Below, piece by piece: positions 47,164 through 55,657 of a DNA stretch of 64,000 nucleotides; positions within the stretch are counted from its first letter, which is position 1, and each line of letters opens with the position of its first letter. The position numbers and the translations under genes were made by a program. This stretch comes from a virus: IMG/VR virus record IMGVR_UViG_3300030331_006276; one strand, written 5' to 3'. The notes beneath the pieces are model-generated. The model made no database searches, was not told where the DNA came from, and saw nothing but the letters and a program-made list of their open reading frames with translations.

Positions 47164-47888
47164 TGAGTTAAAGCTGATATAATATATTTTAATTTAATAT
47201 CTTTATCTTCAATATCAAATATAACAACACCAAATTCAGTATTTACCTTAACATTAAATTCATCATTTATAATAGAAAGTAATCTAATATTATCTAAATT
47301 TACTGGAGTAGGTTTAAGGTTAATATCAGTTTTACCTAAACTTAGAGTAAAGTTATCAGTATTATGTCTAGATCTATCAGTAAGTTCTGCCATTAAGTTA
47401 TCGCCTTCAGTATAAAAATATATTTTATTAGTTTCAGATGCAAAAGTACTACCTTTAAATAATCTCTGCAACGTATTTTTATTGAGCTTAAACTCAACAT
47501 CATACTTAAACGCATTTATTTTTTCAAGATTAATATTAGGTCTAGTTATAAAGCCCTCTTCAAATAAATGATATTTAAACTTAACACTACTACCTTTATA
47601 CTCTAAATTATTCGAATTAATATCTAGAGATATATCAGTATCCTCAATCGTATCTAGTACATTACGTAATTTTTTTACGTCAGGTATATTTAACGAACTT
47701 TCAAAAGAATAAAGATTAGTCTTATATTCAGAACAAAGAATTAAAGTACTATCAACGCTAGATACTAAACTAGTAATCTTATCTTTTTTTAAATCTAGGA
47801 TAACTCCACTATCGTTTATCTTAGAAATAGCGTCTAATAACTTTAAAAATTCAGCTTTGTTTGCGACTTTTAGTTGTCTTTTTTCCAT
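47160..47888 (-). CDS. gp45: Sliding clamp (gp45-like)
   Basis: 242 aa; two-domain beta-clamp-like pattern (LNIPDVKKL...KFKYHL...FKLNKNTLQRL...FNVKV); located in the replication cluster. Confidence 0.75.
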   Translation of the reverse strand: MEKRQLKVANKAEFLKLLDAISKINDSGVILDLKKDKITSLVSSVDSTLILCSEYKTNLYSFESSLNIPDVKKLRNVLDTIEDTDISLDINSNNLEYKGSSVKFKYHLFEEGFITRPNINLEKINAFKYDVEFKLNKNTLQRLFKGSTFASETNKIYFYTEGDNLMAELTDRSRHNTDNFTLSLGKTDINLKPTPVNLDNIRLLSIINDEFNVKVNTEFGVVIFDIEDKDIKLKYIISALTQ

Positions 47889-48318
47889 TATCTAATTTTA
47901 AGCTAATTTCTTTCAATAGCAAATTTTGCTCTTCTAATAGATCAAGCAACTTATCTGTTACCGTTGGCTCAGAGAAATCAAACTCACCTTGATTATCAAC
48001 TGCTGCTGGTGCAACAGGAGGTTCAACTTCTATTACTTCTGGAGGTGCTTGCTGTAATTCCATAGCAGCTTGTTCAGGTGTAATTTGTTGCACTGGTGCT
48101 TGTGGAGCTTGTTGTTGTGGAGGTGGTTGCGGTGGTCTTTGAGGATGAATAGTAGGAGAATGTGCAGTTTGCTCAAACACTTGCTTCATTTCTGCTGACT
48201 TTGGTTTTAAATTACCAGCTGAACCAATAATATTTTGATCTTGTTGATGTAGTTGGCCATATGTTTGACCCATAAACTGCATAACAATAGCTTTTTCTTG
48301 TGGAGTCATTCCTTCCAT
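47851..48318 (-). CDS. Hypothetical Pro/Gln-rich protein
   Basis: 155-aa ORF; PQRPPQPPPQQQAPQAP. Confidence 0.55.
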   Translation of the reverse strand: MEGMTPQEKAIVMQFMGQTYGQLHQQDQNIIGSAGNLKPKSAEMKQVFEQTAHSPTIHPQRPPQPPPQQQAPQAPVQQITPEQAAMELQQAPPEVIEVEPPVAPAAVDNQGEFDFSEPTVTDKLLDLLEEQNLLLKEISLKLDNGKKTTKSRKQS

Positions 48319-48319
48319 T

Positions 48320-49156
48320 TTACAGATCTTTTAAGAGGTCATCAATATCTTCTTCTACACTATCGTTAGTAACAACAGCCGGCTCAGGCTCTACGGGAGT
48401 AGGAATACTATCTGGAACCGGAGCAGAAGTAGTAGGAGCTTTTTCTTCAGCTTTACAGAAGTAATGCTCATTAAGCATATCTTTAAGCTCGTCATACGTC
48501 TTTTGCGTAAATACATCAGTTAAATCAAAAGCGCCTTCATAGATTTCTTTCTGCTTATCATCAGAAATATCAATCTTACCAGCAGTAGTAAATCTTGATG
48601 AAACGTACGTAGGAAAATCACCTTGCTGCTCAACTTTAATCTTAAAGTTAACTCCTTCATTACCGAGATCAAAAATTCGCGGACCGAACTCTTCAGCATC
48701 TTCACCTTCGATAGCCTCAGTAATAATTTTTTGAAGCTGCTTACCATATCGAAGAATTTTTACTTTACCGTTATTATCAGGATTAACCGGATCATCGATA
48801 ACGTATACATTAACTAACCATTTCTCTAAACGACGAACAGCAGTCATTTTTTCTTTTTCTTCTTCACTACCTGTCCGAAGAACTTTAAATCTCTCTTCAG
48901 CAATAGGATCTCTTTCACCGAATGTCTGAGGACTTAAAGCCTGAACATATTGCCCAGTAGCAAACGAATTCCATCCATGATTATAATAATGAAAAAACGT
49001 TTTACTAGGGTCTTTAGCATAAGGTAAAAGTCTTACCGTATACGTATTACCTACTTTAGTAGGCATAATTTCGTTAAATGTAGCAGAACCCTTACTATCA
49101 GAGCTTGCTAACGCGTCTTTAATTGATTGAAACATTGAAGTATTAAAAGTACTCAT
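48320..49156 (-). CDS. gp32: Single-stranded DNA-binding protein (gp32-like)
   Basis: YTVRLLP, NVYVIDDPVNPDNNGKVKILRYGKQL, IFDL...GVNFKIK, acidic C-terminal tail DIDDLLKDL. Confidence 0.92.
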   Translation of the reverse strand: MSTFNTSMFQSIKDALASSDSKGSATFNEIMPTKVGNTYTVRLLPYAKDPSKTFFHYYNHGWNSFATGQYVQALSPQTFGERDPIAEERFKVLRTGSEEEKEKMTAVRRLEKWLVNVYVIDDPVNPDNNGKVKILRYGKQLQKIITEAIEGEDAEEFGPRIFDLGNEGVNFKIKVEQQGDFPTYVSSRFTTAGKIDISDDKQKEIYEGAFDLTDVFTQKTYDELKDMLNEHYFCKAEEKAPTTSAPVPDSIPTPVEPEPAVVTNDSVEEDIDDLLKDL

Positions 49157-49162
49157 GCCATA

Positions 49163-49190
49163 ATTATATAACCTATAGAGAGGATATCAA
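49163..49190 (-). promoter_or_regulatory. Sigma70-type early promoter
   Basis: TTGATA-N16-TATAAT, 6 nt before the gp32 ATG. Confidence 0.65.
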
Positions 49191-49197
49191 CAGTTTT

Positions 49198-49497
49198 TTA
49201 TAACTGTATATTTGAATTTGAATTAAGGAACTTAGTAATATATTTTGACTTTGTTATTGCTGGTTCAAAGTCAATAAAGAGCTTTACTATATCAAAATTT
49301 GTCTCTATTGTTAATAGTTCCTTTAGTATATTTCTCAATCTTTCTTCTTGTAATACAAGTATAAAAATATTTTGCAGAGATAATTTTTTACCTTTTAGCA
49401 TTGAACAAAACGTACAAAAGCAAAGTAGTAGATGCTCTGTTTCATCTTTAATTAAAGTTTTAGAGGGATTTGGTGATATATTTGAAGTTGTTAGCAC
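49198..49497 (-). CDS. Hypothetical protein
   Basis: 99-aa ORF coupled to the DHH gene. Confidence 0.5.
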   Translation of the reverse strand: MLTTSNISPNPSKTLIKDETEHLLLCFCTFCSMLKGKKLSLQNIFILVLQEERLRNILKELLTIETNFDIVKLFIDFEPAITKSKYITKFLNSNSNIQL

Positions 49498-50378
49498 GGT
49501 GCGAATGTTTTGGTTAAGTTTGCAAATTGTTGAGTTAACTTACCTCCTGCTGCTGCAGCGTGGCCTCCTCCATTACATAATTTTGTAGCTAATATACTAA
49601 CATCAACATCAGTTTTTTTGGAGCGTCTAAACGAAACAGTTTTTGCTTGAGTATTTACAATAATACTAATATCAGTATTATATTTTTTAAGTAAAAAATG
49701 TGCTAGCTCATTAATCGCATAATTAGCAAATGTAGCTACTATAGTGTAGTCTTTTATCATACCTGTAAAGACCTGTGCACTATCTATTTGATCTTTAAAT
49801 TTTTTGAAATATAATTTTATAGCATTTTTTTCATGTATAGTAAATTCTCTAAATCCTTCAGAAAATGCATCAATAAATTTTTCTGTTTTTGGAGAATTCA
49901 AATTATAATATATAGCATTTAGTTTAAGTGATTCTTTATACTGTGTATTATACCAGTCATATGTACCAATGTACTCAATCAATAATAATTGTGAATCGGT
50001 TAAATGTGATAAGTGATCACCAAACTTATCATAAATTAGGTCTAAAGTTGATCTATAACCTTTTTCTGGCCCACTTTCTAGTATAGCTTTTGCTTTACTA
50101 TATAGATGTTTATTATTAATATGATTTTTATGAGTATCTACAACAACTACATTTTTTCTATCAACTAATTTAATTTGTTCCGGCGTTAAATCTAAATCAA
50201 CAATAAAAACTCTATCATAATGATCTAGTGTTTGTAATGATCCTTTAAATCTTCCAGTAATGGTTGATTCTGTTACATCATTTATACTAAATGTATCAGC
50301 ATCTTTATATAACCACTTTAACACTAACGCTGACCCAGCGCCATGTAAATCGGTATCAGTCCATACTTGGATATTCAC
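49491..50378 (-). CDS. DHH-family phosphoesterase (NrnA/NrnB-like)
   Basis: DTDLHG, FIVDL, VVVDTH, DHHA1 motif GGGHAAAAGG. Confidence 0.85.
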   Translation of the reverse strand: MNIQVWTDTDLHGAGSALVLKWLYKDADTFSINDVTESTITGRFKGSLQTLDHYDRVFIVDLDLTPEQIKLVDRKNVVVVDTHKNHINNKHLYSKAKAILESGPEKGYRSTLDLIYDKFGDHLSHLTDSQLLLIEYIGTYDWYNTQYKESLKLNAIYYNLNSPKTEKFIDAFSEGFREFTIHEKNAIKLYFKKFKDQIDSAQVFTGMIKDYTIVATFANYAINELAHFLLKKYNTDISIIVNTQAKTVSFRRSKKTDVDVSILATKLCNGGGHAAAAGGKLTQQFANLTKTFAPC

Positions 50379-50401
50379 TGTATATATTTACAAAGAGTTC
50401 C

Positions 50402-51709
50402 TTATTGTGCAAGTCCTGCTAATATATTAAGTGTATCATCCATATCCTCGCCTATTTCAACATCATCAGCTTGTTCAATAGTAAGAGTAGAATAGTCAAT
50501 TCTCATTGCTTGAGTTATACCTCTCGGCCCATATCTATTTTTCATCATACCTAAGCGTATAACTCCTATTCCTCTATCTTCTTCATTCTGAAAAATAGAA
50601 ACAATAGCATCAGCAGTAGCTGCTAGACCTATAGACTCAGAGATAGTTGCTAAGTCAGGATTATCAGTATCGAATCCAGCTCTATTTAACTGCGTAGCTG
50701 AAATAATAGGACAGTTAAACAGATAACTCATAGCTCGTACTTGCTCAGTAACATGCTTTATCCGTTCATAAGAATTATTACCAACAGTAGAATGCATTAG
50801 GTTAAGATAATCTAATACTATTGCATCGAGTTTAATACCTTGCTCTTCAAATTTCTTAATAAACGCTTTAAGTTGATTAGCTGTAATAGTAGCAGGAGGA
50901 AACTCTTTAATAAAAATTTTACCACCTTGATTATGCATACCTTGTTTAATACTAGCAGAGTTTTGAGCTAGTTCTTTCATTGGAATCTTAGTAACATTAC
51001 TACATATACGTCTAGCATAAAGTAATTCAGACATCTCTAAGGTAACTAACAAAACATTTTTACCTTCTTCAGCTATATTACTAGCAATATTACCAAGAAA
51101 AATAGATTTACCAATATTAGTTTCACCAGCGAAAACATATAAAGCTTTACCAGCTTCTAAAAAGCCTCCCCCTAGACAATTATCTAACCACTCCCATTTA
51201 CTAGGAACATATCTTTCTACAGAATTAAGATCATCAATAAGTCTATCAACGTCACCATAAAAATCTAAACCAAGATCAGTTACAAGATTAATATTACAAG
51301 ACTTTTCAAATTTATCTAATACTACTGATGTATCTACTTTACCATTTGATACATCTTCAGCTACATTTAGCATAGTATGATAAACAGCTTTTTCTTTAAG
51401 GAACTGTTCAGTATTATCATATAGCTCATCTTTATCTAAAGAGTTATCAATATCAGTAAATGACTTAACTAGTTCCTTAAAAGACTCTTTTTGCTCATCT
51501 GAAACAAGATACGATTTTATTTCAGTAGTAGTAGGTAACTTATTTCTCTTTTCAGAAAAGTCTTTTATAATATTAAAGATACTTGCAATCGATTTATTTT
51601 TAAAGTATTCAGGTTTAACAAAATCAGCAATAGAAGCTAAGTAACCACTATCAGTAAGAGACTTATAAATAAGAATATTTTCGAAATAATCTAAGTCTAA
51701 TTTACTCAC
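50402..51709 (-). CDS. gp41: Replicative helicase (gp41 / DnaB-like)
   Basis: AGETNIGKS, VTLEMSE, IKEFP, VLDYLN, SATQLNR, SESIG, KNRYG. Confidence 0.95.
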   Translation of the reverse strand: MSKLDLDYFENILIYKSLTDSGYLASIADFVKPEYFKNKSIASIFNIIKDFSEKRNKLPTTTEIKSYLVSDEQKESFKELVKSFTDIDNSLDKDELYDNTEQFLKEKAVYHTMLNVAEDVSNGKVDTSVVLDKFEKSCNINLVTDLGLDFYGDVDRLIDDLNSVERYVPSKWEWLDNCLGGGFLEAGKALYVFAGETNIGKSIFLGNIASNIAEEGKNVLLVTLEMSELLYARRICSNVTKIPMKELAQNSASIKQGMHNQGGKIFIKEFPPATITANQLKAFIKKFEEQGIKLDAIVLDYLNLMHSTVGNNSYERIKHVTEQVRAMSYLFNCPIISATQLNRAGFDTDNPDLATISESIGLAATADAIVSIFQNEEDRGIGVIRLGMMKNRYGPRGITQAMRIDYSTLTIEQADDVEIGEDMDDTLNILAGLAQ

Positions 51710-51728
51710 AATTTAATAGTATAATAAT

Positions 51729-52385
51729 TTATTGCGTTTTCCACTTATCAAGAAACCAGTCTTCGCCCTTTTGAAATTCTTCTGTAAAATTAGTAAGCCC
51801 GGGAGATTTATGCGTTATAATAAAATCTCCAACACCTACTTTAAATCCTGCTTTATGACATTGCATAGAGTAGTCTAAATCGTAAAAATGCCACTTTGAT
51901 GGGCATGTTTCATCAAAACGAATCTTTTCAAATACTTTTCTTTTTATAACTAAAAATACACCATCGATTAGAATAGCTCTATTAGGATAAAATCCAAATC
52001 CCCCCATATGCTTTTGTCCTTCAGTACCATGAGCTACGGCTCCAACTAAATGACCTCCTTCAAAACCACCGCCTAGCAAATGCCATAATACAGGTTTTTT
52101 AAGTGTAACTTTATTACACCCAGCAACCCCCACGATATCAAATTTTTCAAAATTACGTTCTATCCTTTTTTCAGAATATGCTTCTAATATTACATCGTCG
52201 TGAACTAAAACTAAATTATCAACACGTTCTTTTATTGCAAAGTCTATTGCTTTATTGTAAGTTTTTTGCAAAGATTCTTGATTATGCTCTTTTATAAAAA
52301 CATCAATACCTTCATCTCTACATGTATTATAGAGCATTGAATCTTCTTTTTTACCAGCTGTAGCAGAAAAAATAAACGTTTTCAT
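51729..52385 (-). CDS. Glycosyltransferase-like protein (GT-A fold)
   Basis: YNKAI, LVLVHDDV, DIVGVAG, IDGVFL, WHFYDLDYS. Confidence 0.8.
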   Translation of the reverse strand: MKTFIFSATAGKKEDSMLYNTCRDEGIDVFIKEHNQESLQKTYNKAIDFAIKERVDNLVLVHDDVILEAYSEKRIERNFEKFDIVGVAGCNKVTLKKPVLWHLLGGGFEGGHLVGAVAHGTEGQKHMGGFGFYPNRAILIDGVFLVIKRKVFEKIRFDETCPSKWHFYDLDYSMQCHKAGFKVGVGDFIITHKSPGLTNFTEEFQKGEDWFLDKWKTQ

Positions 52386-53044
52386 ATAAACATAAACGGT
52401 GATTTGGTTTTAAAGATACCAGCTTTATTCCATCGCTTAGTTCTTTTATTTAACTTCATAATAACTCCTTCTGGAAGCATTCTATAATCTGTTCCAGGCA
52501 TTGTTGTATAACTTCCTTTATTATTATAATGTAACAAAGAACCTACTCTTGCAATATATACATCGTTCGTTTCACAATTTACAATACTTAAAGCAAAAGA
52601 ACCTTCTAACATTTCTAATACTTGCTTTATAACTTTAATAGGCTTCTTATTTGTTTGAGAAAATTTTTCCAAAAGTTCAACGATTACAGCAGTATCAACA
52701 GGATTTTCTACATATTTAAGATGCTTTCTTCTTAATTTTTTATCGTTAGTTAATACACCGTTATGACTAACTAACCACGTCATAGATTCAAAAGGATGCG
52801 AAGTATTATAATTCCACGATCTTTTAGCAGATGTAGGAGCTTGAACATGACCTAAAACATATTGTATGTCATCTCTATCTGCATAATTAAATTTATCAAA
52901 ATTTATATCACCTTCATATTTAGCAATAAATTGATCATCGTCTGATAAGCATACAACACTACTAGCAAAGTTACCACGTTCTTTATTTGCTTCATATAAA
53001 ATTTCTAACATCGTTTTATCAAACGATCCAAAAATAGCGCACAT
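52382..53044 (-). CDS. Class II glutamine amidotransferase (Ntn hydrolase)
   Basis: N-terminal MCAIFG nucleophile, LGHVQAPT, SHPF, SHNGVLTN, VDTAVI, LEGSFAL. Confidence 0.88.
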   Translation of the reverse strand: MCAIFGSFDKTMLEILYEANKERGNFASSVVCLSDDDQFIAKYEGDINFDKFNYADRDDIQYVLGHVQAPTSAKRSWNYNTSHPFESMTWLVSHNGVLTNDKKLRRKHLKYVENPVDTAVIVELLEKFSQTNKKPIKVIKQVLEMLEGSFALSIVNCETNDVYIARVGSLLHYNNKGSYTTMPGTDYRMLPEGVIMKLNKRTKRWNKAGIFKTKSPFMFI

Positions 53045-53049
53045 ATCTT

Positions 53050-53077
53050 ATATTAATATATTTTGTAAAGTAATCAA
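53050..53077 (-). promoter_or_regulatory. Sigma70-type early promoter
   Basis: TTGATT-N16-TAATAT, 5 nt before the amidotransferase ATG. Confidence 0.5.
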
Positions 53078-53526
53078 TCTTCCCAATCAAACTTAAATCC
53101 AGGTTTCCACATATAAGAATTATCTACATAGCGGCTAGATGGACCGTTGGGTCCTTCATCTCTAATTCGCTCGCAAATTTTTCTTAGCCTTAATACATGC
53201 GCACTAGGTGATGCTACAGGCCTTCTACGTTCTTGCGGTATTCTCCAAAACAGATCAATATTACCATACTTACTATCTTTAGCTAAACTATAATCCGGGT
53301 AATCGACACCATCAATAGTAAACCATTTTTTCTTTTTCTTTTTAGTTTTTTCGATTCCTAGATTCTTAAGTGTCTTTTTACCTAGACCCTTTACCTTAAA
53401 CAGATCGTCATTGTTTCTAAAAGGTCTAAAGCCTACAATACGTTTAACTGTAGTTTTACCCACCCCGGGTAATTTACACAATTCTTTATCTGTCATCTTA
53501 TTAAAATCCTTATAATTTAGCTTCAT
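53074..53526 (-). CDS. Helix-hairpin-helix DNA-binding protein (ComEA-like N-terminus, unknown C-terminus)
   Basis: ELCKLPGVGKTTVKRIV and DLFKVKGLGKKTL HhH motifs. Confidence 0.8.
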   Translation of the reverse strand: MKLNYKDFNKMTDKELCKLPGVGKTTVKRIVGFRPFRNNDDLFKVKGLGKKTLKNLGIEKTKKKKKKWFTIDGVDYPDYSLAKDSKYGNIDLFWRIPQERRRPVASPSAHVLRLRKICERIRDEGPNGPSSRYVDNSYMWKPGFKFDWED

Positions 53527-53543
53527 AGGTATAAATATATTAT

Positions 53544-54911
53544 ATGAGTTCCTTCGATTTCGCCGATAATTTTAGTGGCTTTAATGATTTATTCCAGAGG
53601 GCAGAATTTCTTACAGAAGCTAAGAAATCACCTTATGCTAAATACCACCCATCTTTTGGTGGTGTCACTAAAGATTTAAGATCTGCAGGATTTAGTTCTG
53701 CTCCATTAGATACAATTAACTTTATTAGAACAGCACTATATAACTTAGAGCTCATAAGTGACGATGAATTAGCTGCAGCTAAAAAAGGAACCGGGTTTGC
53801 TGCAAAAAAGAAAAATCTTTTAGCTCTACTAGATTCTAAAGAAGATGTTATTGAGCAAAATAAAGATAAAATAGCTAAAGAAATTGCAGATGGTCTTGCC
53901 CGTTATATTAATAGAGCAACAACTGATAGAGGTAAAGAAGAAAAATATGCAGCGCAAAAAGCTGCTTTAGAGTTAGCTAAAGATATTAAAGCAGGTGAAG
54001 ATATGGGTGATGCTGTTGAAGATGCCGTTGGTCAACTTGATGCTGCAGAATCGGAATTAGCTGACAGTTTGCAAATGTCAAAAGAAGATCCAACTACATT
54101 TATTGAGATTAAAATTAGAGATGCAGAGCGAACTGACGATGTTAGTAAGATAGTTTCAAAATATGCTAATGAAGATGGGGTAGATATTAGCGGAGATACA
54201 GTTCAATTTTCAGTTGATCCAAATACCCCTCTCGCTAGTGCTGTTGCTAGACATGGTATTGATAAAATTGAAACAGCTTTAAAAAGAGATGTTGATAGAA
54301 TTAGTGATAGTGTTGTTATTGTAATGGCTCCAGATGAAGATTATGAAGAAGGTCCCGCGCCTATAGAACCAGAAGGTCCTGCTAATGAGTATGAAGAAAA
54401 TATTAATGAAGTAGAAGATGCAGAAGATCTTAGCGCTAAGAAAGCTAGGGCAGGAAAAGATATCGGTAAACCGGGAAAGAATTTTTCTAAAATAGCTAAA
54501 AGCGCTGGTAAAAAGTATGGCTCGAAAGCAGCTGGAGAAAGAGTAGCTGGTGCTGTATTAGCTAAGATGAGAGGTAATTATGAGGGTGCAGAAGAGTTTG
54601 ATGACTTTGATATTGGACCACAGTCTGATGAAAATATACCTGATGATTATGAAGAAGTTTTAGCTGCTTTAATTGATGATGATAAGAAAAAGCACGCAAT
54701 GAAGCAACTTAACGGTGAAGATGAAGAAGAAGCTATAGTAATGCAACCAATGCTTGAGTCACATAAGACAGATACATCTGCATACCTTACAGAGCAATCA
54801 GCTTCAGACAAACGTAATAAGAAAACGGAGATTAAACCTCAATCCTTTAAGGAAAAATATAAGCCAAAGACATCTTGGCAGTTAGAAGAGCTTAGACGCT
54901 ACGGTCTTTAA
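53544..54911 (+). CDS. Acidic late protein, unknown function (candidate internal head protein)
   Basis: 455 aa; perfect TATAAATA at 53530-53537; basic insert KKARAGKDIGKPGKNFSKIAKSAGKKYGSKAAGERVAGA. Confidence 0.55.
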   Translation: MSSFDFADNFSGFNDLFQRAEFLTEAKKSPYAKYHPSFGGVTKDLRSAGFSSAPLDTINFIRTALYNLELISDDELAAAKKGTGFAAKKKNLLALLDSKEDVIEQNKDKIAKEIADGLARYINRATTDRGKEEKYAAQKAALELAKDIKAGEDMGDAVEDAVGQLDAAESELADSLQMSKEDPTTFIEIKIRDAERTDDVSKIVSKYANEDGVDISGDTVQFSVDPNTPLASAVARHGIDKIETALKRDVDRISDSVVIVMAPDEDYEEGPAPIEPEGPANEYEENINEVEDAEDLSAKKARAGKDIGKPGKNFSKIAKSAGKKYGSKAAGERVAGAVLAKMRGNYEGAEEFDDFDIGPQSDENIPDDYEEVLAALIDDDKKKHAMKQLNGEDEEEAIVMQPMLESHKTDTSAYLTEQSASDKRNKKTEIKPQSFKEKYKPKTSWQLEELRRYGL

Positions 54912-55657
54912 GCGCATTTTTTACAATTATTTTCTTCGTATAGCTTATCCAACTTTTCCTGTTGGATATAAGTGATAGGGTCTTTTAAACCAGCATCCAC
55001 AAATCCTTTTACTCTCATACTACTCGACGGTGTAGTAGCATCTGCTAGTTTATCTTTTCTATCTGAATAACAAGTCCAAGTATCTTTAAATTTAACACCA
55101 AGTCTAGCACCCTCTTTAATAATTTCAGCTTTAGACATAACAAGTAAAGGGGCTTCAATTTTAACTCTATTTTCTCTATTAAGTTCTGTCACTTTATTTA
55201 CCGTATCTACGAACTCTTCACTACCATCCCAGTAGCCTGCTAACGAATCAACTTGAGCAGCGCCATACCATACTGTATCTGCATCTACACTTTCAGCATA
55301 AGCAGAACAAATAGATAAAAACATTAAGTTTCTAAACGGTACATAAGATACAGGTTGAGCATCTCCTGCTATTTTACTAATATCAGGATTATCAATATCA
55401 GTATTAGTTAAAGAAGATGTAGGAGCTATATCTTTAATATAGTTTACATCTAAAACTTTATTAGTTACTTCAATATTCTTATATTTTTCTCTAAAGTTAG
55501 TAATCTGCTTGTCAACACATTTAAGTTCACGTCTATGTCTTTGACCGTAATCAAAGGTTAATGTATGTATTTCATCATATCCTCTATCTTGCGCCATATA
55601 TAACAGCACAGATGAGTCCATTCCACCACTAAGAGTCAGTACTAATTTTTTCATCAT
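54908..55657 (-). CDS. queC: QueC-family (7-cyano-7-deazaguanine synthase-like) PP-loop ATPase with a degenerate Zn site
   Basis: LSGGMDS, FDYGQRH..E, YVPFRN, GYWDG, APL...K..I, TWTCY. Confidence 0.88.
   Translation of the reverse strand: MMKKLVLTLSGGMDSSVLLYMAQDRGYDEIHTLTFDYGQRHRRELKCVDKQITNFREKYKNIEVTNKVLDVNYIKDIAPTSSLTNTDIDNPDISKIAGDAQPVSYVPFRNLMFLSICSAYAESVDADTVWYGAAQVDSLAGYWDGSEEFVDTVNKVTELNRENRVKIEAPLLVMSKAEIIKEGARLGVKFKDTWTCYSDRKDKLADATTPSSSMRVKGFVDAGLKDPITYIQQEKLDKLYEENNCKKCA

Noticed and set aside
2120-48817. Numerous other 60-116-aa ORFs nested in or antisense to large genes (e.g. 2120, 3077, 3881, 4380, 7518, 8976, 9752, 16726, 17744, 38718, 46438, 48520)
   Set aside because: Fully overlap well-supported genes, lack the TAAATA or sigma70 start signature and show no protein motifs
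54908-55657. QatABCD or type IV CBASS defence locus
   Set aside because: No QatA ATPase, TatD nuclease or CD-NTase adjacent; the context is a phage replication module
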